From Octopus sinensis (lineage: Eukaryota), in contig NC_042997.1 of assembly GCF_006345805.1 (NCBI RefSeq), positions 180,048,001-180,112,000 of the forward strand: 64,000 nucleotides of DNA. Reading direction: 5' to 3'. Positions 53,500-64,000 of the stretch are shown one piece after another. The position numbers were made by a program, and so were the translations under genes. Every line of letters starts with the position of its first letter. Position 1 is the stretch's first letter. The notes under the pieces were generated by a model. The model made no database searches. It was not told the DNA's origin and saw nothing but the letters and a program-made list of their open reading frames with translations.

Positions 53500-54140
53500 T
53501 GACGTTGACATGATGTTTGGTGACACGTCACATCATATCCAAAGAATATTACCTAGGATTTTTGCCGAATATAATATTGTTCCTTTCAGCAGATCGACAA
53601 TGTGGCTTTGCATTATTCTTCATTCTCATACGTAGCATTTTGTACCTATGAAACAAATTACCATCAGAATAATTGTCGCTTTCATCTTCTTTGATCTCTT
53701 CTTTTTCTGGTTTAATCATGATACGTCTCAATTTCTTCAGTTTGTTTTGTATTCACATTGTTATAGTATAATATTTGGAAGTTTACGATCGTATTCTGTT
53801 TTTGTATGTTCGACACCTTTATCCGCTTTCCTTGCTTAATTATTATGTTCACAGTGTATGTGAAAGGCCGATAAAATTCTATAATTCTTACTCTGCAGCA
53901 AAACACCTGTCCATGTTCATAGAATATTTCCGTTATTTCGAAGCAACACACTCGGTTAGCATTCTGTGCACTCTTTTATCTACAGAGTCATATCCACGCT
54001 TTTACTCCTTTTTGTGCTACATTACTGCATTCATTCAAGATTCGATTAATTCTTTCGTCTCGTTTCCTGCAGATTCTGTATCTTTCTCCATCTTTGCCTA
54101 TATCAGATTCGTCCGAAGAGGTAGTCACTGAGCGGCTAAA
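53500..54140 (-). mobile_element. Decayed R4/Dong-clade (RLE-type) non-LTR retrotransposon 3' region
   Basis: Minus-strand frames give RYRICRKRDERINRILNECSNVAQK (cf. CRLCxxxxETINHIxSECxxLAQ zinc knuckle), NYRILSAFHIHCEH..ARKAD (cf. ILWDFxIQTD..RRPD), KATIILMVICFIGT (cf. IPVVIGALG) and DLLKGTILYSAKIL. It is flanked by TAG/TAA microsatellites. Confidence 0.7.
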
Positions 54141-54171
54141 ATTAGGTAGCAGCAGTAACAACAACAACAAC

Positions 54172-54224
<53 letters not shown>

Positions 54225-57090
54225 CACCAGCAGCAGCAGTAGCAACAGTATTTTGAAATCGGTCTTTTGACCAAGAGGGCACATTCACCGGTTTTAATAT
54301 AACTACCTTATGACGTAAATTATGTTTTTTTTTTTAAGTGGTCGTATTGTCATTCAATCCAACCAGCACCAGATATAATTTACTTTCGTTCAATTGCTGA
54401 AGCTGGATATAATTAGGTTTCTTAGATTAAAATTAGTTAAATGCTTATAATATAAATTAATTTTGAGGTATTGAGCTAATTCCGAGTTGTTGGCATCATA
54501 AGTAATATCCACTTTAAACATTACAAGGAAAGCTCACTAAATGTGCGAAAATGATAGTTGGTTTCACCGAATATGCGGTCACTTGTAAAATATCAGTTAC
54601 CATTTTGATCCTGATTATGTCATTTGTTAATATCGGCCAAAAATTTCGATTATATGCAACGACTGTTTAGAAATATGATCCATATTTACTTCAAGGATAA
54701 TAAACATATAATTGTGCGTGCAAGGTAAAAGAGTACGTGAGAGAGTGCCATTGAGAGTGATAATGTGTATGTGTGTGTACATGTGTGTGTGTGTGTGCCT
54801 GTGTGCATCTGTGCGAGAGAGAGAGAGACAGAGAGAGTGAGTGTGAAAGAGTTTATGTGTGCAAGTTGAAAGATAGAGAGTTTATGAGTGCATTTTAAAA
54901 GAGAGAGAGAGCATGTGAGGTAGTAAGCTAGGAAGATAAATTTGCAGGTTAATTTCTTGACCTCATAATTCAAATCACCATTGATTTCCCATTTCAAGAT
55001 CTGCATTAAAAAATAATAAATGTAACAGTAGGATTCATTATTCTATGTCTTCTATTTCATGCTGCATCAAAATAGAAAAAGTCGACACATAAATTTCAGA
55101 ACTTCTTCCCTTCCTCATGAGAAAGAGATCTCGAATAAGATTCTTTCAACACAGTTATCTCCTTGACGAATTAAGAAGAGATTTTGTGATTCCCCATTAA
55201 TGCATCTAATGATTTCAAGAAAAACATTCACCCTTCAATTCTTCAATTTTAGTTTCACTGTAAATCAAAACCATGTACACATTCAGGTATATTGAACTAC
55301 TCTTTACCAGAAAGTTATCTTCTTTTTTTAATTAACATTTGATTATACAATGACGTGTAGGTATGAGATATAACTTATGCAAGTGGTGCCGAAATGGGGA
55401 CGCACACTTTCATGAGATCCCCGAAATTATAGCCGACATTACCAAAATAATCATTGCACGAGGGAATTTTTAAAGCGGATGACAGAGTGTGATAAACAAT
55501 AGCATACAACACGTTACGACATTATTATTATCTTGTAATACGCACAAGCCTCAATAGTTAATGAGTTGCATGAAATATTGTGTATAACAAAAGCGGAAGT
55601 ACGACGTTAATGGGACGCAAATATTGAATATCAAAATATCGAAATGAAGAAGAAAAGTAACAAGGAAAATTCCGGTAGTCTGAAAACAATGGCTCTCTTG
55701 TATATTGAAATACATAACTGTATTTTAATATTGTGGAGAATTCATTATGTACAAGTAAGTCAACATCTATTGTCTGGCCTTATATTCGAACAGTAACAGA
55801 ATTCGACTTTTGTATCGGTTAAAATTGCACGAGGTTTGTTATTTGGCTTGATTCGTTATTGTAATTTTTTCTCAGTCTTTATCAATCTTCTACATATAAC
55901 GTTAACGGTAAATAGCTATTGACATACAGTTTCTATGGAAAATGAAAATAAGTCTCATAAAGAAAGATAGGGTAATTCATAAACTTGGGAAAACAAAAAG
56001 CACAAAACTTTTACACTATTTGTCTTGCAATTTCAAATATCATATCCGTAAATAGGATAAATATAGAAATATTACTATTGTCTTACTGAATATGTTCGTA
56101 CGCTGAACAATATGGCATAGGAAATACACTATATGAAAGTTAGAATGATAGATGCTTTTACATACTATTACAACCTAAAACATTTTGAAAGAGAAATACT
56201 TTCTCACATATAAGGAAAGTGGCAACTGATAATCAGATTGCAATTTTTGACTTAATGAACCCTTGCAGTATTCTGTAATATTATTTTTTTAAATGTGATT
56301 ATATTAGAATATCCAGTCTATAAAATATTTCTAAACATTTCCACTGAATGCGTATCAATCGAAAAGGGACTCCTCGATAGCGAATATAATTTTTATAAGG
56401 CTTAGTTATTTTGTTTCCACTTCCCTACGATTAAGTTATCGAACTTATAAACCCTCTATTGAAACACACAAATAAAATGTAACCCTATACTTATCCCTGA
56501 AGAAGCAGGAAATTAATATAGTTTAAGCTTTTCATTACTACGGTACGCAACCACTCTTATTTTGAAAGTAATCAATAGCTTCTCATCTTAAAATAAGAAA
56601 CCGTTACGTAATTTATTCTGTTATAGGAACAAAGTCATTACCAAGAATCATGGTACTACAACGACTTTTAGGTTTCAAAGGATCATCTCCTGAAATCTTT
56701 CTAAGGTTCATCTACAATTCACTTACTTTTAGCGACGACTTATTCCATTCCATACAATTGCTTCAGCTGAAGACTCTGCGTACCAATGAAGCAGAACAAG
56801 TAAAAGGAAGACTTGTCAAATTTAGGTTAAGTGATACTACATTGTATAAAAGAATAAATAGATGAAGACAAACTAGAGAGAGCGATATCTTGCAGTGTAT
56901 ATAAGCTGAGTGAATATATACCTGAAGCTATATGAAACATATTCATTCGTTTTTATTCTTCCAGCATACGTATCAGGTATCTGTTCTACGGTGGATTGAT
57001 AAGAAGAGCAGCAGAGTGGAAAGAAAAACAAACATTGGAAGTAGAATAGGATTGTATGCACAATCATATGTATACATATGTGTATGCAAC

Positions 57091-57177
<87 letters not shown>

Positions 57178-57189
57178 GTGTGTACATAT

Positions 57190-57960
57190 ATTATGGGCCC
57201 CAACTATGCGAACCTGTTCATTGGCTACGTTGAGGCCCAGATATCCTCAAGTTTCACTGGTCCCACTCCCGAACTATACGGCCGTTATATTGACGACTGT
57301 ATCGGTGCGACCTCACTCTCCCCCGAACATTTAGACTCCTTTCTCTCTTTTGTCAAACTTCTCCATCCTGCCCTTCAATTCTCCTGCACTATCTCTGACA
57401 CCTCTGCATCCTTTCTTGACATTTCGGTCAGCATTCATCACTCCACACTCACCTCCATCCACTACAAATACAGAGAGTCACACTCATACCTCAACTTATT
57501 TTCCACTTACCCTAAACACAGCAAGCTTTCCACCCCTATTCCCAATTCCTCCGTCTACGCAGGCTCTGTAGTGAAGACCATGACTTTGAGACTGTCTCAA
57601 ATCATGGCACGCCACTTCATCCTACGTGGATATCCTCTCACTACTATCCACACCGCGCTTACAGGAGAACGTCCGTAGACCGTGCATCTGCTCTCTACCC
57701 CCGAACCCGCCCCACCGTCTTCCGCCTCCCGTTTCTCTTCACCTACCATGCCACCACCCTACCTCTCCAACGCACCATTCTCCGAGCCTTCCGGCAACTC
57801 CAGTCCGAACCCCTCCACTTCTTGGTCCACAGCTTCTTCCCTAACCCAACATCCCAACATTCACTCAGATCTCTGAACGTCTGACGTTAGTAACGATGGC
57901 TAGCGCACGAAACGCCTCTTGGCTATCTTGACCAAAACGTTTTTTCATTAATGTTTACCT
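57190..57960 (+). mobile_element. 5'-truncated Penelope-like element RT fragment (second, GC-richer lineage)
   Basis: MGPNYANLFIGYVE...LYGRYIDDCIG...FLDISVSI..STLTSIHYK..SHSYL...YPKHSK, then frameshifted LFTYHATTLPLQRTILRAFRQLQSEP. It begins directly after a TA tract. Confidence 0.85.
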
Positions 57961-58500
57961 GAAGATCAAGAAATGTTTTATATGTACTCAGTAGGATGCA
58001 AAACTTTCTGCATTAATACAGCAACTCAATCGTTCATGGATATCTACATCAGTTGACTACAGGTTATTAAGCAAATGACATCAGTTATTGGAATCAGGTA
58101 ATATTGAAATATTAGGGAAGTGATCTGAGCCAGATCACAAGTAGGCGTCTTCAAGAGCAACTGCTTAAAATGGAATTTAGAATTCACTCAATGTGGAAAC
58201 CCTATGCAAGTACTTCCAAAATCAACCAACTATTTTCATATTATCGTCAACCACGTCTATTTCCGACTAAAAGAAAAATAGAGAGTGGCAGCGTCTCAGG
58301 AATCCATGCATCAGTTGCGATAGACTTGGTGTCCTTGTTTGTGATAGTTGTTGTGTGATTAGACAGAGGTGCTGGATTTCAGAGAGTTCGCAGAAAATAG
58401 ACTTTTACAAGCAGGTTTTCTTTCAGTCATCGAATAAAAATGTCATATTTCAAAGTTTTCATGGACACAATTCTGATTTATAGTTTCAAAGCCTCAAAAA

Positions 58501-58601
58501 TAACAAACATTAAATGAAATGTAGAAATACTCTTCCGTTTACGATTTGCATTTAGATTTCAGCTTTCAAGAAAATAATAATAATAATAATAATGATGATG
58601 G

Positions 58602-58658
<57 letters not shown>

Positions 58659-58736
58659 CAAACATAACAAACATTAAATGAAATGTAGAAATACTCTTCC
58701 GTTTACGATTTGCATTTAGATTTCAGCTTTCAAGAA

Positions 58737-58776
<40 letters not shown>

Positions 58777-58781
58777 TAATA

Positions 58782-58817
<36 letters not shown>
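58501..58817 (+). repeat. Tandem duplication (period about 164 bp) of a unique 72 bp segment plus (TAA)n(GAT)n
   Basis: TAACAAACATTAAATGAAATGTAGAAATACTCTTCCGTTTACGATTTGCATTTAGATTTCAGCTTTCAAGAAAA is identical at 58501 and 58665. Confidence 0.92.
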
Positions 58818-58819
<2 letters not shown>

Positions 58820-59269
58820 AACTGAGCAAATATAAAGATCTTGAATTAGAAATCAGCAAAATGTGGAACCTGAAGACTAAAACAATACATGTTGTCATAG
58901 GTGCCCTGGGAATGATAGCAAAAGGGGCTGATAGCTACCTAACTCAGATACCAGGAAACCCAAAAATGGCAGAAATTCAAAAGATAGTGCTCATGGGAAC
59001 TGCTCATATCCTACGCAAAATACTTTCTATGGAATCTCAAGGTTTAAAACAAACATAATTTTCGGTTTTTAAAAAAATTTATTTTTTTAGACATTCATTA
59101 GTACAACACCAAAAACTCCCCCCCCCAAAAAAAAATATATATGGCACACTAGGCATAACAACAACATGAACTTCCAACCTGTTGTCTCTAGAGGTCTCTG
59201 GGTGAGACTTGGAGCCAACTTGTACAAATATAAAGCAAAAGTCAAACATAGAATAATAATAATAATAAC

Positions 59270-59336
<67 letters not shown>

Positions 59337-59345
59337 GTAATCATT
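58818..59345 (+). mobile_element. 5'-truncated R4/Dong-clade retrotransposon 3' end with a (TAA)n tail or target
   Basis: KLSKYKDLELEISKMWNLKTKTIHVVIGALGMI...IPGNP..AEIQKIVLMGTAHILRKILS is the typical C-terminus after the RLE domain. A ~200 bp 3' UTR and (TAA)n at about 59250-59340 follow. Confidence 0.85.
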
Positions 59346-59761
59346 ACGGCAAATTACAAAAAACACGTTACATTAGCTGATAGCATTTTAGATTTCAAAG
59401 CATTAATTCTGAATACACAGGCTTTCCAAAGATCTAATGTAGCATGTGCCATTCCCTTGAATAAGAAAAATAAGACTATAGAGTCTTATCGTGCTGATGC
59501 AGCTTTGCCTCAATCATACGTACATTCCCCAAGTTAAAAGGAGGATTTAGCTAAACACAATATTAGAGATCCTGAAGTTGCTGAACTTGCCAAATGGACA
59601 GGTACCAATTGTCGAAAAAGACAATATTGGTCAGTATTCAGAGCCACAGAGTGTTAAAGTATGAAACTGTAATAGAAACTGAAGGAAGAGGAATGGTAGG
59701 AAGAACAGAATAAAGACAAGAAAGGTGAGAAGTGAAGCGAAGTAGGAGGAGGGAAGAAGGA

Positions 59762-60108
59762 GTAGGAGAAGAAGAAGAAGAAGAAGAAGAAGAAGAAGAA
59801 AAAGAAAAAGAAAAAGAAGAAGAAGAAGAAGAAGTGGAGGAAGAAGAGGCACAAAAAAGAAGGAGAAGGAGAAGAAGACGAAGAAGAAAAAGAAGAAGAA
59901 GAAAAAGAAGTGGAAGAAGAAGAGGCACAAAAAAGAAGGAGAAGGAGAATAAGACGAAGAAGAAAAAGAAGAAGAAGAAAAAGAAGAAGAGGAAGAAGGA
60001 GAAGAAGAAGAAGAAAAAGAAGAAGAGGAAGAAGGAGAAGAAGAAGAAGGCGAAGAAGAAGAAGAAGAAGAAGGCGAAGAAGAAGAAGAACAACAACAAC
60101 AACAAGAA
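59762..60108 (+). repeat. Purine-rich (GAA/GGA/AAG) tract with a ~75 bp higher-order duplication
   Basis: GAAGAAGAGGCACAAAAAAGAAGGAGAAGGAGAA(G/T)AAGACGAAGAAGAAAAAG occurs twice (about 59841 and 59917). Confidence 0.92.
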
Positions 60109-62864
60109 TGTATTTTGTCATGTATATATACTACATGTTTTTGTTTTATGTTCCTTACTTTAGCAGTTGTTCTGTATTCTTTTCAGAATGCAGTATACAT
60201 AAGAAGTTGATCTATATCAGTTAGTGTAGTTGTTGGTCTTCTTGTTATTCAGATTGCTGTACTTCCTCCTTTCTTTCCTTGCTCTTTCTGAGCTATTGTG
60301 TGTTTCACGCTTAACGTTCATACAGGTTGTGTGTATTCACCCAACTCGCTGTCTAGAACTAAGAAATCTATGCATGTTACATCTTTTGTGTCTATTTATT
60401 GTCTCGTTTTTTTTTTGGTTTTTTGTTTTTGTTTTTAACGAATAATAATAGTATACTCTTACAGCTGTACATGTGTCCCTGTGTTGTCTGAAGTGTTTTT
60501 CTTTATTATTTTTTTTTTCATGTACTTACATTGCTTTTGAAGATTTTGGCTGCGGCATAGAAAAAAAAAATAAACGTACGTTCTTACAGAAGACCTATTT
60601 ATTTTTAGTAAACGTAATTGTTTCTTTGTAATGTTAGTTGGAATATATGAACTAGTGAACTGTCTTACGCACTTTTGAAAATTGTAGGTGCTTATTGTTG
60701 AGAGCTTGTAACTCATGCAGAATGGCATGGGTCATGATATTGTCTGTACACCGTTGTTTCTCTTCCGTTTTGCTGGATATGTTAAACTTTCGATTGCTCT
60801 AAATATTTTTATGTAGACTTTTCGCTTTCATCAATATCTTTTTACCTTTTGTGAATACCATATGTAACACCTCGAAATGTTCTTTGCGTGCGGAGTATGT
60901 TAATGTCCTTAAGTATAATTGATGGTATTTCTTGTAAGAACGCAATATATATATTCGATAGATGTAGCTTGAAGTGTATTGTAATGTGAGGTTACAAGTG
61001 AAATATGTTGTGTTGGTGTACATATGTAGTAATGTGCAATAAATCATAAGAAAATATAAATACGATGATACATGTGCATTGCCTCGTCAGACGATGTCAT
61101 GTAGATATAGGTAAAATAGAATGCAGGAAAAGATGTGTCTCACCATTCAAGAAAATCTCAAATACTATTGCTCTTGCCTTGGTACAGTTTGTGGGTTTCC
61201 CCACCAGATTTTATGTTAAATTTTATGACGTGTTGTTGCGTATTTCATAGAAAATTTATTTTATGGCAATTTCTATCTCTATCTTTAATTCTTGGACAGA
61301 ATCACTTTTTATAAAGTACCAATCAAATATTTATGCTGATTGCAATTCAGACCTTGCGCCTAGGCTAGGAAAAATATTAATATCAGAGCGATTGATTGGA
61401 TAACTTGTCAGACCGTCGGAAAAATACTTTGTGGTATTAGCTGAAGCTATTTATGCGTTGAGTTCAAACCCTTCTGAGGCCATCCCCACAAAACTACTGA
61501 TCATGCATGTATGAAAGAATGAATTATTTTTAACTTTAATGTATTAAAGAAAACACAGACAAGACTAAAACCCTGTATCATGCAAAATATTACTATTATC
61601 GCAATATATGAATCTCTAAAAGATTTCCTTTTAAATCATGTCAGTGATTTATGAACTTAATGCAAAACATTAAAAAAAAAAACTTGCATTTGAATTCTTA
61701 ATGTATTTTCGTGTCTCATGCTTATGAATTAGATTTTCCCTTGCAATTTTTCGTTTCAATTTATAATGAAATAAATGCAACAATCAATAATATACGGAGA
61801 CAGACTCAGTCCCCTATATTTGTAGGACTGGCGATGTGCCTAGTATAAAGATATCTGAACTGTCAATTCCACAGTTAACATTATAATAAATACCACTAGT
61901 TGTGATGTCGTAACTTTACATAGAAGCATTTCTCGGGAGAGTATTAAGTGCATTTTGATAAAATTTGCCAACATCTTATTGATGTTCCATTTTTATATGA
62001 ATCATGCTGCAGATCTGACGTCAAACCTTTATTAAAGATCTCTAAGCGAATGTACTTTATTTTATATGTTATTTTAACCTTCTTACATGACATTCACGTA
62101 AGAACGCACGAAGAGATTGCTTTTCTTTTTTACCATGCTAAAGTAGGCGGAAGAGAGAAAAACACACACATAAACACATGCATATATAGGTACACACACA
62201 CACGCCCCCATATATGTATACATGCGTTCATAAATATATATATAAGTATATAAATATATGTGTTCATAAATATATATATAAGTATATAAATATATGTATA
62301 TATATATGTATATATATATATATATATATTATACGCATTTTTTTGGAGGCACTTCAATTAAGTTTATACTGATTTCAGATTCATTGACAACGCGCATACA
62401 ACAAAAGCGTCGTGCATGTAAGAAGAAAATAATAAAGTATATATTCTTACGTTGGCACAAGATCACAGATATCTTCGTAGGGGCTTAGATCGTGCTGTAT
62501 ATAGAAATTTTCGATTCGTTCTTAAGCATCGTCACTAAAATATTCATAACAGGCAAAAAGGACAATCTTATTTGAGAACTTGTATATTGTTCGGTAATAG
62601 TAAAAAAAATAATTATTTCGAAACAAATTGTATTGATTGATATAACATTTCTGTGTTATAGTTGGTGTTGATTGATGGTTTCGTTGTCATTGATGTTTAC
62701 TGCTAGACTTGTCTGCTACTTCCAAATAAGAAGGCTTTATCGTGAGGTATTCAAGTTTTCCTTTCTATGTTCACACACACATGCACACAACGCATATACA
62801 TGCATGTGTAAGCACACACAGATATATATATATATATATATGCATGTGTAAACATATATATATA

Positions 62865-62898
<34 letters not shown>

Positions 62899-62925
62899 TC
62901 ATTCTCTCTCTCTATATATATATAC

Positions 62926-62956
<31 letters not shown>

Positions 62957-63009
62957 TGCATGTATTTATACACATATGTGTGTGTCTGTGTGTGGTGTGT
63001 GTGTATGCA

Positions 63010-63170
63010 TGTAGGTGCAGGGTAAAAAGTTTCCTTCCTAGCTACATGGTTCTGAGTTCAGTCCCACTGCGTAGCACCTTCAGCAAGTTTCTTATTATGT
63101 AGCCTCGGGTCCAGCAAGGACTAGTGAGTGGGGTTAGTAAAAGGAAACTGAAAGAAGCTCATCGTATATA
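63010..63170 (+). mobile_element. 5' half of the tRNA-derived SINE
   Basis: CTACATGGTTCTGAGTTCAGTCCCACTGCGTAGCACCTT...GGAAACTGAAAGAAGC, followed by a TA tract. Confidence 0.75.
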
Positions 63171-63175
63171 TATAT

Positions 63176-63208
<33 letters not shown>

Positions 63209-63247
63209 ATATATATATATATATATGTGTGTGTATGTGTATCTCTC

Positions 63248-63312
<65 letters not shown>

Positions 63313-63384
63313 GCATATATTTGTCTTCATAACGACAGATATATCGAATATACATATTCCTTGCTCACTTATAGCTGTGAAAAA

Positions 63385-63469
63385 ATAAACTTTTAAAAGA
63401 TCTAACTGCTCTCTTCAAAACTTGTTCATTCAATTTGAAAAGTTGCATTATTTATGGATGGCCTAACAA
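63385..63469 (-). mobile_element. Solo end fragment of the same mariner family as 10382-10772
   Basis: GCATTATTTATGGATGGCCTAACA matches the right TIR at 10748-10772. Confidence 0.6.
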
Positions 63470-63547
<78 letters not shown>

Positions 63548-64000
63548 ATATATATTAGATAAAAAGAGATAACAAGGCCAAGGTAGTGAGTGGTTCTCAG
63601 GATATTTATAAGGCAAGAGATATAGACATAGTCTTAGAGCTGTTTCTTGGATATTATGCATATCCCTTCATCAGAGTTGATGTGAGATGGTTAAATAGGG
63701 GTAACTGTTTGAGTTCCAAATAAGGAAGTATTGTGAAAAGGAGGAGATACGGAATATAGAGGGAAATAAGTCGAAATAAAATATAAAAGATTGTAGTTTC
63801 ACTTCCATTATTCGAGTATTATGATGAATAGAAGTGGTAAAAAAGTTTCCTGTACATGCTATGTAAGTTCCTACAGTAGTTCATGTTTTGTCATTTCAAA
63901 GTATGGAGACGTGGATTCTGTATTGCTCATGCAAAGGGGTTTTGAGGTGTGAATGAAAATTTGAGAATGTATTGGTAGTATTTGTGGATAGAGGAGCGAG

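Noticed and set aside
54071-54118. Apparent 48 nt in-frame exon (TTTCCTGCAG|ATTCTG...GAAGAG|GTAGTC)
   Set aside because: The opposite strand encodes the R4/Dong zinc-knuckle remnant, so the splice-like signals are most simply coincidental. No neighbouring exons were found.
56932-57678. 248 aa ORF as a host gene
   Set aside because: The N-terminal third is microsatellite read-through, and the rest is a truncated, frameshifted Penelope-like RT.
59631-60224. Long Lys/Glu/Arg-rich and Phe/Leu-rich ORFs of 99-155 aa
   Set aside because: They arise in several frames from the GAA-rich tract, which is low-complexity and has no coding signature.

Overview
This is strongly AT-rich eukaryotic DNA, intergenic or deep intronic, saturated with (TA)n, (CA)n, (TAA)n, (TAG)n, (GAT)n and (GAA)n microsatellites. 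The repeat content looks like an octopus-type cephalopod genome; that assignment is inferred from recalled SINE families, not from a search. I found no host protein-coding gene, rRNA, tRNA gene or CRISPR array, and almost all listed ORFs are microsatellite read-throughs. What can be supported is a dense set of decayed mobile elements. These are two Penelope-like (PLE) RT remnants, one with a GIY-YIG domain and inverted terminal copies; three RTE/CR1-type LINE fragments plus a fourth RTE 3' end; R4/Dong-type fragments in trinucleotide microsatellites; mariner remnants; at least three non-autonomous Helitron families, including a head-to-tail trimer; several tRNA-derived SINEs; and short PLE-terminal-repeat-like elements with hammerhead-ribozyme-like cores. 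The most striking unexplained structure is the excess of fold-back (inverted-repeat) arrangements between about 23.9 and 43 kb. It includes a near-perfect 1.37 kb palindrome inside a SINE's internal microsatellite. All alignments were done by eye, so coordinates are accurate to a few bases and identities are approximate.
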